Shown: piece after piece, positions 31,994-40,686 of the stretch
How positions within the stretch are numbered: position 1 is the first letter of the stretch
Layout of the letters: each line of letters opens with the position of its first letter
Assembly (NCBI GenBank): GCA_963720545.1
Contig: OY970399.1
Span: 3,968,001 to 4,032,000, forward strand
Reading direction: 5' to 3'
DNA from: an uncultured Acidobacteriota bacterium
Lineage (GTDB): Bacteria > Acidobacteriota > Vicinamibacteria > Fen-336
DNA length: 64,000 nt
Notes under the pieces: generated by a model
Seen by the model: only the letters and a program-made list of their open reading frames with translations
Database searches by the model: none
What the model was told of the DNA's origin: nothing
Program-made: the position numbers and the translations under genes

Positions 31994-33414
31994 AGGGGCG
32001 CGTCCTGCTGGTGGACGACGAGGAGGCGATCCGCTCTTCGCTCAGCATGATCTTCGAGTACGCGGACTACCAGTGCATCATGGCCACGAACGGGCCGCAG
32101 GCGCTGAAGCTCCTCGAAGTGGAAGACGTGGACCTCGTCATCCTCGACGTCAAGATGGCGCAGATGGACGGCCTCGAGGTGCTGCGCGAGCTGAAGGCGC
32201 GCCCCGATGCGCCGCCGGTCATCATTCTTTCCGGCCACGGCAACGTCAAGACCGCGGTGGAAGCGACCAAGCTCGGCGCCTTCGACTTCGTCGAGAAGCC
32301 GCCCGATTCCGACCGCCTGCTGCTGGTGGCGCGCAACGCCCTGGAGCAACGCAAGCTGAGCGAGGAGAACCGCCGGCTCAAGCTCAGCTTCGACAACCGC
32401 TACCGCATGGTGGGAAAGAGCGCCGCCCTCGACCGTGTGTTCGATTCCATCAAGCGCGCCTCGCCCACCAACGCCACGGTGCTCATCACCGGCGAGAGCG
32501 GCGTCGGCAAGGAACTGGTGGCCCGCGCCATCCACCGCAACAGCGCGCGCCGCGACGAGGCGTTCGTCCAGGTCAACTGCGCGGCGATCCCCGAGGAGCT
32601 CATCGAGAGCGAGCTGTTCGGCCACGAGAAGGGCTCGTTCACCGGCGCCACCGAGAAACAGATCGGCAAGTTCGAGCTGGCCCACAAGGGCACGATCTTC
32701 CTCGACGAGGTGGGCGACATGAGCCTGAAGACGCAGGCCAAGGTGCTGCGCGTCCTGCAGGAAGGCGAGGTCGAGCGCATCGGCTCGCAGCGCACCATCG
32801 AGGTGGACGTGCGGGTGATCGCCGCGACCAACAAGGACCTGCAGGAAGCCATCCAGCGCAACGAGTTCCGCGAAGACCTGTTCTTCAGGCTGTCGGTCAT
32901 TCCGCTGCGCGTGCCGCCGCTGCGCGAGCGCCCGGAAGACATCGACGCGCTGGTCGCCAACTTCGTGGCGCAGTTCGCGAGCGAGAACAACGTGCGTCCG
33001 CGCAGCTTCAGCAAGGACGCGATGGATGCCCTGCGCCGCCAGCAGTGGCGCGGCAACATCCGCGAGCTGAAGAACACCATCGAACGCCTGCTGATCATGA
33101 GCGAGGGCGACGAGATCCGCCCCGAGCACCTCGCCGGCATCGCGCTGCCGCCGCGCCATGCGCAGCCGCCCCAGGACAATGTCCCCTCCAGGGAGCAGGG
33201 CGCTGCCGTGGCCCCGGCGTCGGACTCAACTTCGCAAAGCGCCACCGGCACCCTCAAGGACTTCAAGGAAACTGCCGAGCGGGCGTTCATCGTGCAGAAG
33301 CTGCGCGAGAACCGCTGGAACATCTCGCAGACCGCCACCGCCATCGATACGCCGCGCTCCAACCTCTACAAGAAGCTCGAGCAGTACGAGATCACAGAGG
33401 AAAAGGACGGCTAG
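31990..33414 (+). CDS. NtrC/NtrX-type response regulator (REC-AAA+-HTH)
   Basis: [50 protein letters not shown]-terminal HTH. Confidence 0.95.
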   Translation: MKGRVLLVDDEEAIRSSLSMIFEYADYQCIMATNGPQALKLLEVEDVDLVILDVKMAQMDGLEVLRELKARPDAPPVIILSGHGNVKTAVEATKLGAFDFVEKPPDSDRLLLVARNALEQRKLSEENRRLKLSFDNRYRMVGKSAALDRVFDSIKRASPTNATVLITGESGVGKELVARAIHRNSARRDEAFVQVNCAAIPEELIESELFGHEKGSFTGATEKQIGKFELAHKGTIFLDEVGDMSLKTQAKVLRVLQEGEVERIGSQRTIEVDVRVIAATNKDLQEAIQRNEFREDLFFRLSVIPLRVPPLRERPEDIDALVANFVAQFASENNVRPRSFSKDAMDALRRQQWRGNIRELKNTIERLLIMSEGDEIRPEHLAGIALPPRHAQPPQDNVPSREQGAAVAPASDSTSQSATGTLKDFKETAERAFIVQKLRENRWNISQTATAIDTPRSNLYKKLEQYEITEEKDG

Positions 33415-33466
33415 AGACGACTGACGTTTTCCTGTTTTATTGTGGGCTTGTCGGAGAAATACCGCC

Positions 33467-33748
33467 ATGGCCAGCAACGGAACGGACACCGAAAACGCCA
33501 TCCGCAACACCATCCTGCTCGCGCACAACCCTGCCGCGAACGAACGCGGTGAGCGCCAGGACCTGGCGGTGCTTCAGTGGGTCGCCCTTGTTTCCGAGAG
33601 GTTCGGAATCTCCCAGGATCACGCGATGACGGTGTATGCCGGGCTCTTCAACGACCGCCTGCTCCAGACCGGCAATGCGCTCGGCTTCTCGGCGCTGACC
33701 GACAAAGGCGCAGCCCACGTCATGAAGTTGCGCGGCGCAAAAAAATAG
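33467..33748 (+). CDS. Small hypothetical protein (93 aa)
   Basis: GGAG upstream of ATG; ends in a terminator hairpin. Confidence 0.6.
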   Translation: MASNGTDTENAIRNTILLAHNPAANERGERQDLAVLQWVALVSERFGISQDHAMTVYAGLFNDRLLQTGNALGFSALTDKGAAHVMKLRGAKK

Positions 33749-33770
33749 CTCCGCAGGAGCGGAGCTATTT
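33739..33770. terminator. Bidirectional terminator between convergent genes
   Basis: AAATAGCTCCGC-AGGA-GCGGAGCTATTT perfect 12-bp stem with A/T flanks. Confidence 0.8.
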
Positions 33771-33794
33771 ACGGTCGCTAGAGGACTGCGCCTT

Positions 33795-35369
33795 CTAGTG
33801 CTTCGAAGGGGATTCGGTCGGGGCCGGAGTCGGCTTGTGCGACGGCGGCGGTGTGGGCTTCTTGGTTGGCGCCGGAGTCGGCCGGCGGCCGGGGGCCGGA
33901 GTCGGCTGTTGGCGGTCCTTGTTGCGCTGATCCGACTGCGCATCGCGGGCACGCTTCTCGGCATCGGCGTCGCGTTGGCGTCGTGCGCGCTCCCGCTCCT
34001 GGTCGGCCTGCTGATCGTGCTGCGGCGGCGGCGTTGGCCGGTCGCGTTGAACGCGGTCGTTCTCCGGTTTCGGTGACGGCGTCGCCGGGCGACGATCGCG
34101 CTCGACACGGTCGCGGGGGTTGTCCGGCTTTGCGGTCGGCTCCGGCGTCTGCGGGCGACGCTCGCGGTTGACACGCTCCGGCTGCTGCGTCGGCTCGGGG
34201 GTCGGCTGGCGCCGGTCGCGCTCGACACGGTCGCGGGGGTTGTCCGGCTTTGCGGTCGGCTCCGGCGTCTGCGGGCGACGCTCGCGGTTGACACGCTCCG
34301 GCTGCTGCGTCGGCGCCGGGGTCGGAGTCTTCTGCACGTTAGGACGCGGGTTGCGTTGTGGCTCCTCGCGAGCGTCGCGGCGCGGCGTTTGCGGCTCCTG
34401 GTCGCGTGCGCGCGGCCGGTCGTTGCCGCCCTGCTGCGCGGCTTCCTTGGCGCTGACCTCGGCCTTGGGCTGCTGCCGGCGCTGCTGTTCGCGTTCCTTG
34501 CGCTGCTCTGCGAGGCGCGGTGGCGGCTGTTCGCCCTTCACCAGGCTGCGGCCCTGGGCCGGCTTCTTGTCGGGCGCGGCCTTGATCTGCGGGCGGAACA
34601 CGGCGACTTCGCCAGCGCGCTGGCCACCGCCGCGCACTTCGTTCACTTGCCGGACGTCGACCGTACGCACGCGAGGCACCTTGCGGCCGACTTCCCGCTC
34701 CACGTTGTTCACCTCGACGCCGCGGTTCACCACGCGGTTGTTGATGACCGTGTAGTTGGTGATGTTGGTGGTGCGGTTGATGATGGTGATGTTCTGCGTC
34801 TGCGGCACCACGCGTTGATAGACGCCGCGGTCGAGGAACGAGCGCGCCGGCACGAAGGAGTAGTCGCGTTCGCCGATGAACGCGTCGATGTCGAGCCCGC
34901 CGATGCTGAGGCCGACCCGAGCGCTCCAGCCGGCACGCGGCGGCAGCGGCGCCCAGCCGATGTAGCCGTCGCCGTGGCGCCACGAAACCCAGGCGGGCGC
35001 CCATTCGTTCCCGGGAACCCAGATCCAGCCGTAGTAAGGATCATCGATCCAGCGGCCGTAGTGATACGCGGCCCAGCCGAAGTCTTCGGCCGAATCCCAA
35101 TACCAGCCGTCGTCGGTCATCACCCACTGTCCGCGGGTGTAAGGACGCCAGCCACGTTCCACGCGCGGTGCGAAGCCCCAGCCGTATTCAGGCATCTCCA
35201 CCCAGTCGCCGTAGGGCGAGAGACTGTTGTAGAAAATGCTCACGTCCACGTCGACTCCCGAATTGCGGTCGGGATAACGCGGCTGGCCGTAGGGCTGTGC
35301 GGTGGCCGGGATAACGAGCCAGCCGAGCGCAATCAGGACAAACGTCAGAATGCGTGAACGCATTCGCAT
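33795..35369 (-). CDS. Secreted DUF6600-like protein with long Pro/Gln/Arg-rich disordered tail
   Basis: Signal peptide; Trp-rich LSPYGDW, WRPYTRGQW, GWAAYHYGRW, WAPAWVSW, IGWAPLPP. Confidence 0.8.
   Translation of the reverse strand: MRMRSRILTFVLIALGWLVIPATAQPYGQPRYPDRNSGVDVDVSIFYNSLSPYGDWVEMPEYGWGFAPRVERGWRPYTRGQWVMTDDGWYWDSAEDFGWAAYHYGRWIDDPYYGWIWVPGNEWAPAWVSWRHGDGYIGWAPLPPRAGWSARVGLSIGGLDIDAFIGERDYSFVPARSFLDRGVYQRVVPQTQNITIINRTTNITNYTVINNRVVNRGVEVNNVEREVGRKVPRVRTVDVRQVNEVRGGGQRAGEVAVFRPQIKAAPDKKPAQGRSLVKGEQPPPRLAEQRKEREQQRRQQPKAEVSAKEAAQQGGNDRPRARDQEPQTPRRDAREEPQRNPRPNVQKTPTPAPTQQPERVNRERRPQTPEPTAKPDNPRDRVERDRRQPTPEPTQQPERVNRERRPQTPEPTAKPDNPRDRVERDRRPATPSPKPENDRVQRDRPTPPPQHDQQADQERERARRQRDADAEKRARDAQSDQRNKDRQQPTPAPGRRPTPAPTKKPTPPPSHKPTPAPTESPSKH
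34081..34325. repeat. In-frame tandem duplication, 120-bp period (40 aa)
   Basis: 34096-34194 identical to 34216-34314. Confidence 0.95.
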
Positions 35370-35440
35370 GATTCCTCTCCTTCTATAAACCCAACGAATG
35401 GGCTTGGGTGCGCTATAAAGAATGACTCATCCCGGATATG

Positions 35441-35456
35441 TGCAAGGTCTGTGCCT
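35441..35456 (-). promoter_or_regulatory. Sigma-54 -24/-12 promoter for the DUF6600-like gene
   Basis: Minus strand AGGCACAGACCTTGCA versus consensus TGGCACRNNNNTTGCW, correct spacing. Confidence 0.75.
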
Positions 35457-35494
35457 CGGTCGGGCGTTCGTCAAAGACGGTAAAAGACCGCGCC

Positions 35495-35503
35495 TGTTAA
35501 GCT
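35495..35503 (+). promoter_or_regulatory. Extended -10 promoter of rnpB
   Basis: TG-T-TAAGCT ending 7 nt before the P1 helix. Confidence 0.55.
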
Positions 35504-35510
35504 AACGGGC

Positions 35511-35902
35511 GTGGAGCTGGACGGACGATCGCCGCCGGGCCCGTACGGCCGGGGGAGGAAAGTCCGGACTCCAACAGGGCAGTGTGCTGGTTAACGGCCA
35601 GCGAAGGTGACTTCAGGGAAAGTGCCACAGAAAACAAACCGCCAAACCGCGCGGCTCGTAAGGGCAACGCGGCGGTAAGGGTGAAAAGGTGCGGTAAGAG
35701 CGCACCGCCGGCGTGGTGACACGGCGGGCAGGGTAAACCCCACACGGAGCAAGACCGAATAGGGAGGCGCTTGAGGCTGGCCCGGCCGAAGCCTCCGGGT
35801 AGGTTGCTACGATCCCGCGGGCAACCGCGGGGCTAGAGGAATGATCGTCGGCCGCTTCCGAAAGGCAGCGGTCACAGAATCCGGCTTACAGTCCAGCTCC
35901 AC
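35511..35902 (+). ncRNA. rnpB: RNase P RNA, bacterial class A
   Basis: GAGGAAAGTCCGG, GGAAAGTGCCACAGAAA, GGGTGAAAAGGTGCGGTAAGAGCGCAC, GGTAAACCCC...GAGCAAG, ACAGAATCCGGCTTA; P1 GTGGAGCTGGAC/GTCCAGCTCCAC followed by a T-tract. Confidence 0.98.
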
Positions 35903-35939
35903 ACTTTTTTCCGCTTGCCGAATATCCTGGAGGGTTCTC

Positions 35940-36872
35940 TTGAAGGTTCTCGTCACCGGCGGCGCCGGCTTCATCGGCAGCCACATCGCGGAAGCGCTCG
36001 TGAAGTCGGGTCACAGCGTGCGGGTCATGGACAGCTTCTTCGCCGGTCGCAAGGAGAACCTCGCGCCGGTGAAGCGCGAAGTGGAGATCCTGCGCGGCGA
36101 TTGCGCGGACCCGGCGGCGGCGCGGCGCGCGGTGGCGGGGGTCGAGGTGATCTATCACGAGGCCGCGGTGCCGAGCGTACCGCGTTCGGTGGAAAACCCG
36201 CTCCTCTCCGACCGCAACAACTCGACGGCGACGGTGGTGATGCTGACCGCCGCGCGCGACGCCTCGGTGCGCCGCTTCATCTACGCGGGCTCGTCCTCCG
36301 TCTACGGCGACCAGAAGGGTCACGCCAAGCGCGAAGACATGCGGCCGCAACCGCTCTCGCCATACGCCGTCGGCAAGCACACGGGCGAGCAATACCTGAA
36401 GGTGTTTCACAACCTCTTCGGCATGGAGACGCTGACGCTTCGCTACTTCAACGTGTTCGGACCGCGGCAGGACCCGGGCTCGCCTTACAGCGGGGTCATC
36501 AGCCTGTTCGCCACGGCGCTGCTTAGCGGGCGCACGCCGGTGATTTACGGCGACGGCAAGCAGAGCCGCGACTTTACCTATGTGAAGAACGTCGTCGAGG
36601 GCAACCTGCTGGCGTTGACGGCGCCCGGCCTCAAGGGGCAGAGCGTCAACCTCGCGACCGGCGGCAGCGTCACCCTGCTGCGCCTCCTCAAGGACATGGC
36701 AAAGATCATCGGCGCGCCGGCGAAGGCTGAACATCGGCCCGGACGCGCGGGTGACATCAAGCACAGCCTCGCGGACGTCGCGCTCGCGAAGAAGCTGCTC
36801 GGCTACAAGCCGCGGCACACGTTTGCGGAAGGCCTCGGCGCGACGATCGCGTGGTACCGCGATCGTTCGTAA
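35940..36872 (+). CDS. NAD-dependent nucleotide-sugar epimerase/dehydratase (WbpP/GalE-like SDR)
   Basis: VTGGAGFIGSH, SSSVYG, SPYAVGK, LRYFNVFGPRQ, GDGKQSRDFTYV; GGAGG before TTG. Confidence 0.92.
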   Translation: MKVLVTGGAGFIGSHIAEALVKSGHSVRVMDSFFAGRKENLAPVKREVEILRGDCADPAAARRAVAGVEVIYHEAAVPSVPRSVENPLLSDRNNSTATVVMLTAARDASVRRFIYAGSSSVYGDQKGHAKREDMRPQPLSPYAVGKHTGEQYLKVFHNLFGMETLTLRYFNVFGPRQDPGSPYSGVISLFATALLSGRTPVIYGDGKQSRDFTYVKNVVEGNLLALTAPGLKGQSVNLATGGSVTLLRLLKDMAKIIGAPAKAEHRPGRAGDIKHSLADVALAKKLLGYKPRHTFAEGLGATIAWYRDRS

Positions 36873-38897
36873 TCAGGGGACGATCTTCGCCAGGCTTTCG
36901 ACGCGCGGCCGGGTGTCGGCCTTGAAGTAGTCGGGCACCGCGCTGGCGAGCGCCGCGGCCGCCGCGGTTTCGCTGGCATAACGCCCGTAGGCGACGCGGA
37001 AGCAGTCGCGGCCGCCGTACACGATCGGCAGCACGAACACCTCGCCGGCGGGCGCGTGCTGCGCTGCGTTCACCGCTGTCTGCGGCGCGCATGCCACCAG
37101 CAATTGGACCGTGTACCCCTCGCGCGGAGTGGCGACAGCAAAGGCGCGGGCCGCGCCGGCGACGTCGCCCTGGCGCAGGAGCTCGGCGGCGGCTGCGCTG
37201 GTCGCAACCACGGACCGCGGTGCCGGGGCCGGCGGAGTGGGCCGCGGCGAAACCGTGGCGCGGGCCGCGGGCGGCGGCGGCGTCGGCAGCGCCTCCGCGG
37301 CCGCGCGCCTCGTCGGAGCGGGCGTTGGCGTCGGCAGCGGCTGGGCGCTTCGCGCCGCGGCTGGCGTCGGTGTCGCTGCCGGCACAACAGCCGCAACAGT
37401 CGGGGCGGGCCGGCCCAGCATCTCGCGCGGAGTTGGCGAGGGCGAAGGCTGCAACGCACTGGCCGCGGGCTCGCGGCTCGAGATGTTGAGCCACAGCCAC
37501 AAGCCTGCGCCGGCGCCGGCCAGGAGCAGCGGCGCGACCAGCAGCCCGGGGATGGACGACCGGCGCGCGTGCGCCGTCTGGATCTTGCGCTGCGGGCGGT
37601 GGAAGGTGGGATGGGGCAGCGACGGCGGTGGCAGTGCGCCGGGCGGCTCGTCCCCCGCGCGGTCCGGCCGCAGTGGGATGTGCCGCTCTTCCGTGACCGC
37701 GTCGAAACGGCTGCGGATCTGCGGCGGCGGTTCCTTCGGCCGCGGTGTCGCGAACGAAGGCGACGCGGACTCGGAGACGTCACTCGCCGCCAGGGCAGGC
37801 GGCTGCGGCTCCGGGTCGGGGTCGAAGCGAATGTCCAGTTCCGGCTCTTTCGCGAGCGGCAGGTCGAGCTGCGGCCGCGCCCGGCTGAGATCGAGCTGCA
37901 GGTCGGCTGTCGACGCGCCCACCGGCGTCTTCACGATGGGAGGCGCCGGGCTGTCGAAGTCGAGCTGCATCGGCGGCGGCGGAAAGATGGTGGTCTTGTC
38001 TTCGGCGGAGACTGGCGCGCTGTGCTCTTGCACCGACGGCTCGGGAAGCATGCTGGCGGGCCGCGCGATGATCGTCTCGTTCGCGGGGTCGATGGCGCCG
38101 ATGGGCTGGGGGGCGCGGCTGGGCGTGAGGCTTTCCGGGGCGTCGCTCAGCAACGTGAACGGGTCGAATGGCTCCGGCGTCGCGTCGAGGCTCGGCCCAT
38201 TGATGTGCTCGGCGAGACCCAGGAGCACGAGCGCGGTTGCGGCGGATTCGGACTCGCGCGTGGGCATCCCGAGGGACGCGCCGACCGAGCCGACCGAACG
38301 AATGCCGTCGAAGGCGCGCGCCAGCGTTGCCACTTCGGCGTCGAGCTCGGAAAGGATCGCATCCCCGCCTTCGCGACGGCGCAGCACCTGCTCGCCCGGT
38401 CCGATGACCATTGGCGTGAGGGCCGTGCCGGCGCCGCGGGCGGCCGCCAGGAACAAGCGCGGGGTCGAAAGGCGCAGGTCCACAGCACCCTTCGGCAGGA
38501 CGCCGTCCTCGAATTCGAAGATGCCGACCGAGTAGCTCAGCAGGTCTGCAAGGATGCGCTCGACCTTGAGCTGCGCCGCCTCGGCGAGCTCCTTCTGCCC
38601 GACGATGCCGCCGTCGGCAAGCACGCGCGCCAACGGCTTTCCGGGACCGACCTTCTGCGACTCGTTTTCCACCTCCTCTTCGGAGATGCGGCCGGTCGCG
38701 ACCAGGATTGCACCCAGCTGGTCACGCGGATCGTTCGAGGAGCCGAACAGGATGCGGCCATTGCGGAAGTAGAGCGCCTTGCGATAGGTCGTGCCCTCGA
38801 CGCGCAACGAACCGGTGGCGCCGTGACGATGGAGGTCGGCCACGAGCCGCGGAAATGAACCTGGAGCTATGGTCCCGCTGGCGGGGAAAGGGTTCAT
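36873..38897 (-). CDS. DUF4388-like N-terminal domain, Pro-rich linker, TM and SPOR-like C-terminal domain
   Basis: TGSLRV...KALYFRNGRI...LGAILV...GIFEF; central TM; YTVQLLV...CFRVAYGRYASETAA. Confidence 0.75.
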   Translation of the reverse strand: MNPFPASGTIAPGSFPRLVADLHRHGATGSLRVEGTTYRKALYFRNGRILFGSSNDPRDQLGAILVATGRISEEEVENESQKVGPGKPLARVLADGGIVGQKELAEAAQLKVERILADLLSYSVGIFEFEDGVLPKGAVDLRLSTPRLFLAAARGAGTALTPMVIGPGEQVLRRREGGDAILSELDAEVATLARAFDGIRSVGSVGASLGMPTRESESAATALVLLGLAEHINGPSLDATPEPFDPFTLLSDAPESLTPSRAPQPIGAIDPANETIIARPASMLPEPSVQEHSAPVSAEDKTTIFPPPPMQLDFDSPAPPIVKTPVGASTADLQLDLSRARPQLDLPLAKEPELDIRFDPDPEPQPPALAASDVSESASPSFATPRPKEPPPQIRSRFDAVTEERHIPLRPDRAGDEPPGALPPPSLPHPTFHRPQRKIQTAHARRSSIPGLLVAPLLLAGAGAGLWLWLNISSREPAASALQPSPSPTPREMLGRPAPTVAAVVPAATPTPAAARSAQPLPTPTPAPTRRAAAEALPTPPPPAARATVSPRPTPPAPAPRSVVATSAAAAELLRQGDVAGAARAFAVATPREGYTVQLLVACAPQTAVNAAQHAPAGEVFVLPIVYGGRDCFRVAYGRYASETAAAAALASAVPDYFKADTRPRVESLAKIVP

Positions 38898-38954
38898 GGT
38901 TGCGAAATTGTAGCATCGGCCCGCAAGACGTTGAAGAATAAGTCTGTTGCGCCG

Positions 38955-39440
38955 ATGCCCTACCTGGTGGACGGGAACAATGTCTGGGGATCGCTGGGTG
39001 GCCCCGCCGGGGTGCCCGACGGGCGGAGCCATGTGCTGAAACGAGTCGCTGCATTTTGCCGGGAGCGTGGCGCGTCCGCGATCCTCGTGTTCGACGGCGC
39101 GCCCGCGCGCGACGGCCAGCAGGAGCAGCGCTTCGGCGCGGTGACCCTGCGCTTTCCGCTGGCGGGCCAGGACGCCGACACGCTCATCAGGCGCATCGTC
39201 GACGAGGCAGCGGCGCCCGGCGACTTCATCGTGGTCACGTCCGACAAGAGCTTGTACTCGTGGTGCCGCACCCGCGGCGCGCGCGCGATGCAGTCGCACG
39301 AATGGAAGAACCTTGCCCGCGAATCGGCGCGCGGCGCGGGCGGCCGCGAGGGCAGCGGCGGTGCCAGCGACGACGACGAAAAGCCCTCGTCCGAACCGGA
39401 CATCGAGGGCTGGCTCGCGAAGTTCACCGGCCCGCGCTGA
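38955..39440 (+). CDS. NYN domain (YacP/Rae1-like) ribonuclease
   Basis: YLVDGNNV, LVFDG, ADTLI, VVTSD. Confidence 0.82.
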   Translation: MPYLVDGNNVWGSLGGPAGVPDGRSHVLKRVAAFCRERGASAILVFDGAPARDGQQEQRFGAVTLRFPLAGQDADTLIRRIVDEAAAPGDFIVVTSDKSLYSWCRTRGARAMQSHEWKNLARESARGAGGREGSGGASDDDEKPSSEPDIEGWLAKFTGPR

Positions 39441-39571
39441 CCGAGGCGCCGCACAAATCGCTCATCACCCGCTCGTGCGGCAAACAGTTCTGTGGCGCAG
39501 GGCACGCGCCGCTGCTGGGCCAGGCCGCGTAAGTGCAGGCAGCTCCGGGATGTGCGACGAACCGGCCAGCG

Positions 39572-39587
39572 CGGCACCACGCTTGCT
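39572..39587 (+). promoter_or_regulatory. Sigma-54 -24/-12 promoter upstream of comEA
   Basis: CGGCACCACGCTTGCT with correct GG-N10-GC spacing. Confidence 0.7.
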
Positions 39588-39707
39588 CTGACGGCATGGG
39601 TCGCGCGCCTGTCGTTCCGATGCGACGGGGAACGTATGGGAGAGACGGTCTCCGGAGACATCGGGACGACGGCGCTTCGACATTTCCAATTCCATTGAGG
39701 AGACTCC

Positions 39708-40031
39708 ATGAACGCAATGCGCCGCATCGCCGCGTCGTGTCTCGCACTCGCCATCGCTGCCGGTCCGGCCTTTGCCGCCGGCGCGCCGAAGGCGCTGCCG
39801 GTGGGCAAGATCAACATCAACACCGCTTCCACCGCCGACTTCCTCCTGCTTCCCGGCGTCGGGCCGAAGCTCGCCGCGCGCATCGTCGCCTATCGCCAGA
39901 AGGCGGGCGGCTTCAAGACGACGCGGCAGCTGATGAACGTCCGCGGCGTGGGCGAGAAGAGCTTCGCCAGGTTGTCGCCGTACCTGACCGCCGGGGAAAA
40001 GCCGGCCGCCGGTATGCTGCCGGTGCGATGA
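39708..40031 (+). CDS. comEA: ComEA-family helix-hairpin-helix DNA-binding protein
   Basis: Signal peptide; KININTAS, LPGVGPKLAARIV.YR, VRGVGEK; GAGGAG Shine-Dalgarno. Confidence 0.9.
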   Translation: MNAMRRIAASCLALAIAAGPAFAAGAPKALPVGKININTASTADFLLLPGVGPKLAARIVAYRQKAGGFKTTRQLMNVRGVGEKSFARLSPYLTAGEKPAAGMLPVR

Positions 40032-40588
40032 TCGCCGCAATCGTCCTGGCCGCCGGCTCCTCCACGCGCTTCGGCTCCGACAAGCGCCTCCACGAGGTCG
40101 GTGGCATGCCCATGGCGCGCCGGGCCGTCACCGCGGCGCTCGCTGCCGGCCTCGAGCCCGTGATCGTGGTGTCGAGGCCCGACGACGCGGCCCTGGCCGC
40201 GGCCCTCGCGGGAACCAGCGCCCGGCTCGTGGCCAATGCCGACCCGTCGCGCGGGTCACGCACCTCGCTCAGCACCGGTCTCGCCGCGGTGCCCGCCACA
40301 AACGGCGGTGCAGTGGTGCTGCTCGCGGACATGCCACTCGTGCTCCCCGGGATGGTCGCGGCGGTCGCAGGCGCCCTGCAAGGTGGCGCCCCCCTGGTCC
40401 TGTCGCGTTATGGCACGGTGCAGGCGCCGCCGACAGGCATCTCCCGGGTGCTTTTTGCAGAACTCGACGGGGAGGGCGACGACGGCGGCCGAACCCTGGT
40501 GGAGCGGCACCGTCAGGAGGCCCTGGTATTGGACTGGCCCGCGGAAGCGCTTCTCGACGTGGACACGCCCGGCGACGCCCCGTCCTGA
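40028..40588 (+). CDS. MocA/MobA-like nucleotidyltransferase
   Basis: IVLAAGSSTRFG..K, LADMP, GDDGGR, DVDTPGD. Confidence 0.85.
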   Translation: MIAAIVLAAGSSTRFGSDKRLHEVGGMPMARRAVTAALAAGLEPVIVVSRPDDAALAAALAGTSARLVANADPSRGSRTSLSTGLAAVPATNGGAVVLLADMPLVLPGMVAAVAGALQGGAPLVLSRYGTVQAPPTGISRVLFAELDGEGDDGGRTLVERHRQEALVLDWPAEALLDVDTPGDAPS

Positions 40589-40602
40589 AACGCCGCTCTT
40601 GC

Positions 40603-40632
40603 TTGACTGACTACAGCTAAGTGACTTAATCT
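40603..40632 (+). promoter_or_regulatory. Sigma-70-like promoter of rpsA
   Basis: TTGACT (40603)-N18-TAATCT (40627) in an AT-rich intergenic region. Confidence 0.45.
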
Positions 40633-40686
40633 TGACGGCTTAGCTCGCAAAAAATCCAAGTCCCCAGGGGGTAGTACCAAACGTAT

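Noticed and set aside
34081..34325. Direct repeats as a CRISPR array
   Set aside because: Two 120-bp in-frame units inside a coding region, with no unique spacers and no cas genes
35841..35939. N-terminal extension of the epimerase ORF
   Set aside because: Overlaps the 3' end of rnpB; the likely start is TTG 35940 after GGAGG
38955..39440. NYN nuclease as a toxin-antitoxin or anti-phage gene
   Set aside because: YacP-like housekeeping type with no adjacent antitoxin or defence genes
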